Assembly: GCA_004431415.1 (NCBI GenBank)
Contig: QPMI01000036.1
Span: forward strand, 496,001-560,000
Origin: Cyanophora paradoxa CCMP329
Lineage: Eukaryota > Plantae > Glaucophyta
Direction: 5' to 3'
DNA: 64,000 nucleotides
The position numbers were made by a program, and so were the translations under genes. Shown here piece by piece: positions 13,292 through 24,849 of the stretch. Below the pieces are notes generated by a model, which did not search any database, had not been told where the DNA came from, and saw nothing but the letters and a program-made list of their open reading frames with translations. Each line of letters opens with the position of its first letter. The first letter of the stretch is position 1.

Positions 13292-13668
13292 CGCCGCTAC
13301 GCCCAGTAGCTACTCGCAATGCAGCTAGCGGCTGCGGCCTTTGTCGAAGCCGCGGTCACCCACTCATGCTGCAGCTGACCGGCAGCCGCCTCTGAGCCTG
13401 CGCGTCGCACCAGCCGCGATTTCTGAACTGCGGGTGCGTACTGGTGCCTGCAGGCGCGCTTAAGCTTAGGCTTCAAAGGCTTGCGCTGCCGCAGTGCGCG
13501 CTCTCCGTTTGAAAAAAGTCGGCGCTGCCGTTGCCGGCTTGAAGCCTCCGGCTTGGACCAGAGCTTCCGCAGCTTGTGCTCGCGATCTAGATCTGAATTG
13601 ATCATTATGGTATACACGGAGGAAGCACAGGGCTCATGGCATCGCTAGCTATATCTAGCTATATACGC

Positions 13669-15482
13669 TCAGGGCGAGGGTTCGGAGGGTTCTGAGGGCT
13701 CGGCTTCTGGGCCATTTTGCATGGTGGGGGGCCGTGGTGGTGGGGCCTCTAGGGCGAGAGCACCAAGTCGGCCAGTCCTGAAGTCGCCGAGGATCTCCTG
13801 CGTACGGCGAACGCGTAAGAATCTGGGACACATGCGATCTCAAGAGCAGACGCTGGTCTTGCCCGGGCAGTTCGTGGGACATCACCAAGGTGCCTCCGTT
13901 CAGCAAGCTGATTCACGTAGTCCTGCAGCCCAAATGAGCGGGCAGCTGGTATTCAATTACGGAGGATCACAGTTTTACCTCGCCATCGATGCACTCTTCT
14001 GGGTCAAGGCCATACCTGGCCTTCAGCACGCCAGGAGGGTTCAATGTGGGTGCTGATCGCTCGAGTTCCCGCACCACATCAATGAAAGCTGCCGCAACCT
14101 GCCCGGCGTTTCAAAGAAGACGGAGAAATAATCGCTACGAAATGGACCTTCTCGTAGTTGTAGCTTGCTTCGCCGATGTCATCGCAAATTGCAAGCTTGA
14201 CTGCATCAGCTTGCCGCTTTGACATATTCATCGGCAGGATCCCTGGTGCATCCAAGAGCTGAAGCGTGTCTCCAAGGGTATTCCACCTGAACTTTAGACG
14301 TGAGCAAGCAAGAAGGCAATTAGAGTCTTGGGCTCACTTGAGGGACTTGGTTACTCCTGCCCGGCGTGCACTATCCACAACTCTTCTCTTCATCAGTCTG
14401 TTGATGAGCGCCGACTTGCCGACGTTCGGAAATCCAATGACACAAGCTCGAACGGGGCGAGGGAGCATCCCACGTTGGGTTCTTCTTTCATTCACCTTCA
14501 ATTGCAATCAGGGCAGCCAGAGGCAAGGGGGGCCGCAAAGGAGAGCCCACCTGCTGGCTGAGCTTCACGGCGGCCTTTACGACAGCTTCTGTTGCCTCCC
14601 CTGAGCGAGCATTGGTCCAGACTGGCGCAATTCCCTCGCGCTTGAAAAAGTCGTTCCATTGCTTCTTGGCGCTTGGAGATACCATATCGAGGCGATTCAG
14701 TATCATAATTCGTGCTCTTCCTTTGCCTCCGCTGACGAAATCCTCGATATCAGGGTGCGATGTTGACATTGGAATCCTTGCATCTCGAATCTGGTGCAGA
14801 CTCAGCTGTGGAAAGTACTGAGGCTGGATGGGGCAAGGCGGCGTGCCTCGAGAAGCAGATCAACGAGGCTGAGTGACGCCTTGATGTCTCGCTCCGCTTT
14901 TGCGATGTGTCCGGGATACCACTGAATGATCTGGCCCTTGCTTGGCTCGGCTGCGAGAGCAGTCGAATCAAGACGGGCGATTGGATCCAAATGATCGCGA
15001 TCCCGCACCCGTATTTCTCTGCTCCTCTTCCTCATCGCGCAAACGCGCCCGCCGCTGCTGGCGCCTTTGAGCCACATTCACCTTGCGCTGGTCGAGCATC
15101 TTGTCGCGCTTCTCCCGGCGCATACGCGCGGATTTCTCCCGATCCACCTGCTCGCCCCCTGACCTTAGCTAAGCGCGTGACCGCGATCGGCGTCCCCCCG
15201 CGCCTTGATCCGGTACTCCATCGTTGTCGCTGGTTGCCTCGCGATGAAGACCCGCGGCGGTGCACATAGCGAGGTCACACTGTCGCCAAAGAAAGAGGAC
15301 CGCTTGGAGAACAGCCTGCAGGGCGCGGGGATCGCCGGAGCCTTCGCACTGGTCTGCAAGATACTTCTGCGTACGTGCCCGGGTTCGGCGGGGGGCGGGT
15401 CGGGAGCGTGGCATGCTCACCCTTCTGTGCGCGGTTGCGCTCTGCACCACGCAGCCAGCGGGAGCGCAAAGCAAGCGGCCAT
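13669..15482 (-). CDS. rbgA: Ribosome biogenesis GTPase RbgA/YlqF, probably plastid-targeted
   Basis: IQWYPGHIAKAER, IRDARIP, LNRLD (G4), VIGFPNVGKSALINRL (G1), AGVT, LLDAPGI (G3), KLAICDDIGEASY and DFRTGRLG. The N-terminus MAACF is transit-peptide-like. Confidence 0.92.
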
Positions 15483-15713
15483 CGTTGGGGGGTACGACGA
15501 CGAGCACCCCGAAAGAGAAGCATAGACGCCGGCGTCGCCCAGCCTTGAAAGCTAGATAAAACACACTGCAAACCTTAGCTACGAGCATATCTGGGCGTTT
15601 CCAATCCCTTTGTGCCTCACAGCTCGCGCGCGAGCATGAGCTGCGTTGGAAGCCTTCGCTGTTTGTAAGCGAGGCGTCGACTATATATATCTAACGGTTG
15701 GAGATCACTGCGA

Positions 15714-16743
15714 ATGGCTGGGGCGGGCGGCGGCAGAGCTTTTCTGAGCGCCCTGGGTGAGCTCGCTCGGCATGCCATGATGCGCGTCGACAGCATTCTG
15801 ACCGCGAACATGCAGCTAACCTACATGGAAACCAAGACGAAGAAAGACAGAGGAAAGAACGGCAGCGGAACGAGCTGACTGCAAATCTGTGCGGTTTTCA
15901 TCAATAGGCCTGCCGTGCCCTCGCCGCCTGAACGCGCGCTGCCCTGCAGGGATGAGCAGATACGCGAGAAGCAACAACGGAAAGCGGCCGAGAAGCATCG
16001 GCTCGAGGCTCTGGCCGCGGCAGAGGCCGCAGAGCAGAAACAGCCTCAAGTGCGTCGCTTCGAGGAGCTGTCTGAGCCACAGGTGTGCTGTTGCAGTGTC
16101 AATCTAGGAAAGCAATCTCAATCGGTTCTCAGAAGGAGGCCGTGCTCGCAAAGCAGAAGAAAGCCGCAGCTCTGCGAGGCCTCCTTGGTTCCGACCCCAG
16201 GGTGGCTCCTCCGCCACATCCCCCAGCACTGGCGCCAGACGGAGCTTTTGCGGCGCCCGCTCGTGCGGACGACGGCGAGGTTGCACAGCTTCTGCGACAG
16301 CTACTTCAGGAGCAACGTGAAATGCGCAGCATGTTGAAGAAAGAAGGCGAGGCTCGCGAAGCATTCCTGGTGTGTTCGAGCTCACTATCTATATCCCCCC
16401 CTGGCTCATCATCGGGCTCATCATCTACGGATACGTACAGGACCGCTTTGAGAATTTCGTCGAGCGGCTATTGATTGGCAGAGTTATGCCCCGCCAACCA
16501 CAGCCACCAAGGGAGCTGCAGTACCCCCGTGAACCAGCCCAAGCAAGGGCAGGAGGGCTGGCTGGGCCCAGAAAACCGAAAGGGCCTACATTCGGGAAGG
16601 AGCGCGAATCTCGGCTGCCAGCACTTCCAAAGATCCGAGAGCAACAGCGAGCTCAGAGGGCAGTTCCAGAGATGCCCCATTCAAACGTTGCACATACAGA
16701 GGGGGAGCTGCCGGGCCGTTCTGCTTTCATTCGAATAGAATAG
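15714..16743 (+). CDS. Coiled-coil hypothetical protein with a CCDC66/CSPP1-like motif
   Basis: Spliced exons with L.DEQIREKQQRKAAEK and LLRQLLQEQREMR. The family resemblance is weak. Confidence 0.5.
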
Positions 16744-16770
16744 TTTTTTGTAATAATTCATCGCATTAAA

Positions 16771-19707
16771 TTACAATTTCAATGGCTTAATGAAAGCGAC
16801 TACCATGTAAAGTGCAGAGTAATCAAGGTCAGCGTAACCCTTCTCCATCCCCCGCTCCAGCAGCCTCTCCATGGTACCAAGATAGTTGAAGTCCTCCAGT
16901 GCTACCTTCTTGGCCTCTTCCTTGAAAAGCCGCACATCTTTCAGAAGGTGGCGCAGGGGAAAGTTCGGATTCTCAAATCTGTGACGATGTGAGATGCGAA
17001 CACTGAACTAAGGAATCTTAAAAGCTTCAAGTTGGCGCACGATCTTGCTAGCATCTTGTCGAGTTTCTTCTCAAATGTGGGCGCATAGAAAGGAGACTGC
17101 TTGACGATGGAGACAAAGTCCTTTGCATTCACCTCCATGCTCTCTGTGAATCCGAGCGCCTGTGAGAAAGTGAAGGTCTCCGCTGCAATCATGTGGTTGA
17201 GTGCAAGTTTTAGAGCTGCGGCTGTTCCAGGAGGTCCCACATGCATGGGGTTCTTGTCCAGGTCCCCGAACAGAGGCCTCAGTCGCGTGAAAGTGGGCAC
17301 CGAGCTGCCCACCATGACAAGAAGCGTGCCAATCTTTGCTTCAGGAATGCTACCAAGAATGGGTGCTTCCAAGTAATCGACAGCTCCGGCCTTCATGCAG
17401 TCCTTGCCCTGGCATGGAGTCAAGATTCAAACCTTCATGCAGCAGAAAGGTCCAAGGGCTTGCCAGCGCAATAGACTCAGACGGGCCTATCGTTCCCATC
17501 TGGATCACAGTCTTTCCTTTCAAATCCATGCGGGAATCGAAGAGGACCTCGCGAATCGCCTGCCATGCAGTCGGTGAAGGCAGGACCTAGGTGTCTGAAA
17601 ATAAGAAGGTACCTTCGCATCCGACAGGACTGTTATGATTATGCTTGATTGCGCTGTTACTGCAGCTGCATCGCCCAGCACAGGAACGCCAGCCTGCAGG
17701 AAGTGGCACTTAGTATGAAGAATCTAAAAAACTAAACTGTTGCACCTCCTGCAGCTTGCTTGCTCGGGAGACAGTCCGGTTGTAAGCGGTCACCTTCCAT
17801 CCACACTTGTGAAGACGCTCAGCAATCGGTGCACCCATCAGACCGACACCTGCACAGCAAAGGAATCCTTGGAGCGAATCCTGGAAGTCCTGGTGACGAA
17901 ACTGCACGGACCCAGGACGCCAACTGCAGCACTCCGATTACCGCCTTCTGAAGCCTCTCTCACGAGCTCCTTGTACTTCATGAGTGCATACATGCCGGTT
18001 GGTGTGAACTGCTCTGTCTGACTCAATGCCAGGACCTCGTCAATCGTCATCCACCTGCCACTTTCGACCTGAAAAGACACTCAGCCAAATGAGACGAGAA
18101 GCGTTGCATTATTCACCTCTTCTGGCTGCAGTTTAATTTCTCCATCCCATGTGCAGGAGAAGGCAGAACCCCACACTTGGCAGCGATCATTCTTGAACAA
18201 GAAATCGAAAAGGGGGCTGATCGCAAAACACATCGGCACAGGGGCATGACTGAAGGGCAAGAAGCGAACCTTAGTGGAACACCCGAGATGCCCAGCTCTT
18301 CCTCCAGTTCCCGATAAGCTGAGCTGTCAACAGTTTCGCCTTTAGCAACAACACCGCCAGCAGCAACCTCGTAGTAAGAAGGATATATGTCCTGGACACA
18401 TACATGTTCATGCCAGAAAACCAAGCGGCGAAACCTGGCAAAGTTCACCTTCGTGGCTGTGCGCTTGGTGACAAATAGCTTTCCCTCCTTGTTGAAAACA
18501 AAAATGTAAGTTGCCTGATGAAGGAGATTCTGCTGTCGCATCTGCTTCCTCGTCGCAGAACCTATAACCTGAAGGATGAGTCAATTTTGACACGAGTGCA
18601 GCGGGGCAGCCTGGCGAATTGCCTGGTTGTTCTCGTCGACAATGGCAACCTCTTCTTCGGTATTGTTATTGTTATTTGCTGGCTGCTCATGTGCCCCTCG
18701 AGAGATCTTGTCGTATATAGACATGACGTGAGCCTGGCCTGGCAAGCAACATCCATCAGCAGAAGCTGGAAGTCCAAGAACAAACGACTTGCCTGGGCAA
18801 CGCTCATACGCTGCAGCGACGGTCCTTGCGAGAGACATATCGATGCTCATGTACTCGGACTGGTCGAGCAGGCTTCGGATCTCCTGAATCGCAGAGGAGA
18901 CCTTGCATGGGATGCTGAGCTCGGCATCGCTGTGTGCATCCAGCAGCTGGCCGTTTTGCATGATGGCGAGGCATTTCTCGTACGCCGGAGAGTACAGGGC
19001 TGACTGCCTGAGAATAATCATGAACTTCTCTAGAGGCACTCCGTTCAGCTTGCACATTGCCACACTCAGAGCGAAACCCTACGCAACGGTCACATTAGAT
19101 TTGAGATGGATGATAGCGAAGAACTAGATCATACCACAACGTCCGACGCAGCAATGGTAGAGAGAGCCAGGCGAATGCTGGTGGACGTGCCGTTCAGACC
19201 AGTGTTGATCACACTTGCTATGGTCGGCGTTACAAGCGCCCGCAGCCTCTCGAACACGTCGAGGTTCAAGCATCCGACGCATATCGACAGTTTTTCGTCG
19301 TCCTGCTTCGGGGCAAACACCTCGATCTCGGCGTAGCGCCCGCCGTTCAGGACCACCTGCAAGTCGAGCTCCTGCGGCAGCGTGAGCGGGATCGATCGTG
19401 CAGCGCCGCCAAAAGTCTCGCCTGACTCTCTCCGGGCCTCAGGAGCGCTGGGCCAGTGTGCGCGACGACGATCTTGCCCGAGACGGAGCGCGGCGGCGAC
19501 TCGAAGAGCTCCTTGCGCGCGCCGGCGAGCGTGGCGCAGCTTACGAGCACGATCTCCGCATCATCGAAGCTCGTCTGCGCATGCGCGCACGCGCGCGTGG
19601 TCGGTCGAAAGCGCTTCGACGGCCGAAGCAGCGCGCACGGTGGTGGCGCCGCCGAGAGCGGCTACGAGGCGCTTCGGCGGCGTGCCGACGTAGCACAGCT
19701 TCGCCAT
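16771..19707 (-). CDS. Three-domain fusion: degenerate beta-hydroxyacid dehydrogenase + Nudix hydrolase (YfcD-like) + intact beta-hydroxyacid dehydrogenase (3-hydroxyisobutyrate dehydrogenase/glyoxylate reductase family)
   Basis: Nudix box GVVAKGETVDSSAYRELEEELGI. C-terminal domain has GVLGVGLMG, YNRT, YLEAPILGS, ALKLALN and NFPLRHLLKD. The N-terminal domain aligns to the same fold but lacks the motifs. The frame runs without a stop across both domain junctions (ORFs 18581-19063 and 17838-18080). Confidence 0.85.
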
Positions 19708-19858
19708 GGTTTAAGTTGGCGTTTGCCGCGTTCCACTAACGTAACCCTACGCTCTAGATCTAAAGCCGCCAATTGGGCACAATTTGCAACAGAATTGAGG
19801 AGTTCAAGGTGCGGCTGCCTTTGGATTTCTGATCATAAACGAGAATTCTAGTATCATT

Positions 19859-20952
19859 CTAGTACGTCAAGCCGAGGCGGCCGAGCAGGTATTCCCCAGC
19901 CGTGACAGAGGGGTGGGTCTCTGGGGTGCCCTCCGGCCTCGAGATGGTCTCGATGAGGGCGTCGTGATTGGGGTGCACGAAGAAGGCTGCACGCACGTGG
20001 ATAAGAATAAATTTTATATTCGAAATAACATGCAACTCACCAACAGAGTATCGTTCGGGTGTGGGGCTTTGGGGTGCTGCCACGCGATGCAATGTGCTTT
20101 TGAAAAGGCCGCCAGTCCAGCGGCACATAAGATCGCCAGTATTGACAACAAGGGTGCCAGGCAGGCTAGGCACGGAGATCCAGGACCCTGATGCTGTACA
20201 GACCTCCAAACCTGTGGGTGATGTGAGCCTCGGCTCCAGACGGAAGGTGGACCAAAAGCGACCTGGATTGGAGTCTTGGAGGAGCAAAGTCAAGGATCCG
20301 TAGTCAGTGTGCGCTCCGGCTCGATGTTGGCCTGCTTCCAGGTTTCCGTGGGCAGGGTAGTGCAGCAACCGGAGAGTGTGTTCTTGGTGTGTGTGCAGGC
20401 CTGCAAAGTGTTGTTCTGGCCTGCCAAAAGCCAGTGCGAAGCCTTTGAGGATAGCGGCCGAGACTCTTACTCCCTCTTCCCAGTATCTACTGATTGCGCC
20501 CTCGAAACCAGCGACTTCTTTGGGCCACTTGTTCTTCGCTCTGCTCATCCTCTGAAATCGTTCTTCTTCATAAGGATGACAGTCGAAGTTTCCAATGTTG
20601 AAGGCCTGCAGGGCGCATTTAGACTGATCAACCAAACGTTAAATGATCTTACCTCTTTCATATCACGCTTCTTGGCGCTTGGATCCAGCGCCTCCCGCAG
20701 GACGCCAACGTAGCCGCGGTTGCTTTCTGTGCTCTCCCAGGCGTATGCCTCTTTGACCTCCGTCGGGAGCGTGAAAAAATCTGCCGATGACTTGAACAAA
20801 TCTTGCTGGACGTCGTCCGGGATCTGGTGGCCTGAGACCAGGAAAAAGCCGTGCTGAACGCAAGCATTGTAAATCTCGCGCGCGCAGCGGGCTCGCTCGT
20901 CTGCGGAAGATGGCGAGACGAGCGCCGAAACGTCGATGACGGGAAGCGCCAT
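19859..20952 (-). CDS. 2-oxoglutarate/Fe(II)-dependent dioxygenase (isopenicillin N synthase-like family)
   Basis: LPVIDVS, HGFFLVSGH, NRGY, LRLLHYP, AHTDYGSLTLL (HxD), VVNTGDLM, STLHRV and RYS. Confidence 0.93.
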
Positions 20953-21260
20953 CGCGCCGCCACCGAATTACGGAGACGCGGCCGACCTTCAGCGCCCCGC
21001 TTACGCGCTCCGCCCGGCCGCAGCGAGGCACCGGCGAGCGATCCGGCCTCGAGCTAGCAGCTAGCGCGGTAGGGCTGGCGCGTACGCGCTCGCCGGCGGG
21101 CGAACCGATCCGAAGCTAGCAGCTAGCTTAGATCAGGCACGTACGCGCTCAGAGACGGGTCGGGGAGCAGGTAGCTGCACTGCAGCGGGCTGGGCTGGTG
21201 CGCGCTGCAATTGTAAGCGGCTGCGCTCCCTTTTTTTCACCGGCGGGTACAGTCGCAGCA

Positions 21261-22897
21261 ATGTCGGCCTTCGCAACGCCCTTCCCCGTCGCTTCGTATG
21301 CGGTGCCGGCGGTGACGCGGGCCGCAATTCGCTCGGCCCCGTCGACCCCGGCTCGCCGCCTCCGCAGCGAGGCTTCCGGCACCCGCGTCCACGCCGCCGG
21401 CCGTCGGCAGTTCTTCGGCGCGACGCAGGCGCTTCGTCGTCCCTCGTCCAGCGGACTGCGGCTCGCTGGCGTGCCGGTGCGATCGGGCGTCTTTAGGTGC
21501 CCGGCGGCTGTTGAGATTGCGGCGTCCGCGCAGAAGCTGACAGTGGAGGCGAACGCGAGCGTTCCGGCCGCGCTCTCATCGCTGGGTTTCACGAACGACG
21601 AGCGCGTGCAGGTTGGTCGCATCGAAGGGGCAGTGGTGTCCCTTTCGCCGCCGCGGTGACCCCGCGCGTCAGGTTCTCAGCGAGGCGCTCCCATATATCC
21701 TGAAGTTCACGGGCAAGACGATGGTCATCAAGTACGGCGGCGCGGCCATGGTGCAGAGCGACCTCAAGGACTTCGTCATCCGCGACCTCGTCTTCCTGTC
21801 GCTCGTCGGCATAAGGCCCATCTTCGTGCACGGAGGCGGCCCCGAGATCAATCAGTGGCTCAGCAAGGTGCGGGGGCCGGCCGATCGCCCCCGCCCCAAG
21901 CGCCAGCCGCCAACGCGGCGCAGGTGGGCATCGAGAAGCAGTTCCGGAACGGCCTGCGCGTGACCGACGGCCCGACGATGGACGTCGTCGAGATGGTTCT
22001 CACCGGACGCGTGAACAAGGAGGCGAGCGCCATCCGCTTCCCCCAGCTCGAACCGCCTGACGCCTTTCCGCTAGCTCGTGGCGCTGATCAACAAGGCGGG
22101 CGGCCGCGCGGTCGGCATCTGCGGCAAGGACGGCGGCCTGTTCCAGGCCATCCAGCGGGACCCCGAGTACGGCTTTGTCGGTGACGTCGGCAAGGTGCGG
22201 GGGCGGGGGCGTGCAGGGGCCGGGGGGGTCCCGGCGCTGGCTGCTGACGGCCCCGGGGCGCGCGGGCAGGTGGACACCAAGCTGCTGGACACGTTGACGC
22301 AGGCGGGGTACATCCCCGTGGTGGCATCGGTCGCGGCGGACGAGTCGGGCCAGCCGTACAACATCAACGCGGACACGGTGGCCGGGGAGATCGCGGGGGC
22401 GCTCAAGGCCGAGAAGCTCATCCTCCTCACCGACGTCCCTGGCATCCTCAAGGCGCGCCGGGCCCCGGCCCCGCCCCCGCCCCCGCCACCGCCCCCGCTT
22501 CCGCGCCGACCGCCCGCGCAGGACGCCAAGGACCCGGGTACCCTCATCTCCGTGATGAACACGAAGGAGGCGCACGGGTACATCGATTCGGGCGTCATCT
22601 CCGGCGGCATGATCCCGAAGGCGAGCCGCCCCCCGCGCCGCGGCCCCCGTGCCGTCCTCTCAACGCCGCCGCCGGCGCTCAGGTGACCTGCTGTATGGAC
22701 ACCCTCAAGAAGGGCGTCAACGCGACGCACATCATCGACGGCCGCAAGCCCCACTCCCTCCTCCTCGAAGTAAGCTACTGTACCCCCCGGAAAAGCCTCC
22801 CCCTGAGTTGGCACCGCCCCAGATCTTCACTGACGGGGGTATCGGCACCGTCCTGCTCCCCGAGGATGACAGCGACTTCGGCTCGGGCGCCATCTAA
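21261..22897 (+). CDS. argB: N-acetylglutamate kinase, plastid-targeted
   Basis: Transit peptide MSAFATPF... Eight exons give [55 protein letters not shown] and IFTDGGIGT. Confidence 0.97.
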
Positions 22898-23022
22898 GCC
22901 GAGTCTAGGCCACTGCGCCGGCCGGCGCCGGCCCTCGCCCCTGTACTTTTCTCCTTCGTGGTAATTTGGGTGTACGTATACTATGTGCAGTAAAAAGGAC
23001 CAAGGTTTTCTCGTCTATATAG

Positions 23023-23560
23023 CTACAGCGTGAAAGACGATCCAAGGTGCCCCCGGATGACTGCCGGTGGCACCATCTTCACCCTGCACTTGATTGTCTG
23101 CAGACGCATGCGCAGCGATGGCGAGTGTTGGACGCCGCGCGAAGCGATTGCGCGAGCGCGGCGAGGAGACGGACCGGGGCCGCGATGCGAGTGTGGGCCT
23201 CCCACCGGTGGCACCCTCCGAAGCTGTAGTAGAGCCCGGGGTAGCCTTCGACCTCCTGCGGCCGACGTACGCGTAGGTGAGCACGCGGCCGAGATCTCTC
23301 CCAGCTGCCTGGGAGCTAGCGTGTACGCGCACGAGAACGTCGATCGGCGGCACGTCCTCCGGCTTAGATTGCAGGGTTTCCATGAGACTGCAGACCTGCG
23401 AGCGCAGATCGATGGCGGTTCAACGAACGAGCGCTGCGTGCGCTCATCATTACGCGCGGCGCACCTTCTTCTCGTCGAGTATCGGGATGAGGGGGCGACG
23501 GATCTGGCCCATGGGAATCTCGACTACCGGCACATCCAGGAGCTCGCTGTTAGCCGGCAT
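23023..23560 (-). CDS. SRX1: Sulfiredoxin
   Basis: IPMGQIRRPLIPILDEKKV..SLMETL..VPPIDVL..YYSFGGCHRWEAH; the FGGCHR catalytic motif is present. Confidence 0.92.
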
Positions 23561-23953
23561 GGCTGGGCGCGCGTCGCCTGCGCAGCACGCGTCGCGCTAA
23601 TGAGGCTGGAGCTGCAGCGCTTTACGAGCGCTGTAGGTCACAGCGCTATAGCTGATGCTGCGCGCAGCGAAGCTGCGCTGAGTGCGTAAATGACGTCCAA
23701 GGCGTGCGCGTGCCAGGCGCTGTCCGGCCGCTGCGTCGACGAGTTGGAGCGGTGAGCGGCGATTCAGACACAGTTGCGCTGTTGAGCGCGCTGCACGCGC
23801 ACGCTAGCTGGGCCGCGGCTCTCGGTGTCTGAGCAGAAGCGATTCGCGTACCCGGGAAAGCCAGGCGAACTGGAAAGCAGCGGCATCCAAAGCAGCGCCG
23901 AACCGCGATCCACATTCCTCTGAACGCAGAAGAACCGCCCGTACGCCCCCGAG

Positions 23954-24786
23954 ATGGGGGCCTCGACGTCCGGCCTCCTGCCTCAGGACGTCGAGGAGCT
24001 CAGCGAGATGTCAGCACCACCCGCAGAGCCTCGCTCACCTGTGCTGATGTCGGCGCCGCAGCTACGGCCTCGAGCACGGAGAGATCAGGCGCTTGTACAA
24101 GCGGTTTCGCCGCCTAGATAAGAAGTGCCCTGCCCCGCGCGCGCGCGCCTGTGCGAGCTTCGCCTTATTCAGCGTCGCAGCGGCTTCGGCTCGCTCTCGA
24201 GTGAATGCTTCCTGTCCATCCCTGAGCTCGCCATCAACCCGCTCGTGACGCGGTTCATGGAGGTGCGCATACTCCAGTTGGGCGGCGCGAGGGCGCCTCT
24301 TAGCGCTCACTTTGCGGTTCAGCTTCTGGATGAGGTGAATTTCCGGGACTTTGTGAAGCTGGTGTGGGTTTTCAGCCAGAAGGGAACGCGAGAAGAGAAG
24401 GTCAAATGTGAGCCTCGCCTGAACGCGTCCAGCGCATGTGCACGGGGGCGCTTCTCACGCTCGCATGCAGTCGCGTTCCAGTTGTACGACGTCGACCAGG
24501 ACGGCTCGATATCGGAGCAGGACGTATTCCACGTTTTGAGGCTCATGACTGGAAAGTTCCTGTCGGTGCGCCGCGCTCGCGGCTCGCTGCCGGCGAGCTC
24601 GAGTGCGCTCCCGTGACGCGCTCGCGCCCGCCGCAGGACGAGCAGCTGCGGGCGATCGCGAAGCAGACGGTGGAGCGGGCCGACTCGGACGGCGACGGCG
24701 TCCTCAGCAAAGAGGAGTTCGCGAAGAGCCTCGCGGCCGAGGAGGATGACCGGTTCATGAAGATGATGACGATCGACTCGTTCTAG
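23954..24786 (+). CDS. CNB1: Calcineurin B / CHP-type EF-hand protein
   Basis: Myristoylation start MGASTS; EIRRLYKRFRRLD; FLSIPELAINPLV; FAFQLYDVDQDGSIS; ADSDGDGVLSKEEF. Confidence 0.88.
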
Positions 24787-24849
24787 ATCTGTCCGGCCTA
24801 GCTAGGCTCCCTCGGGCGTGGCCTGGCCAGCCCCGCCCTCCTACGCCCG

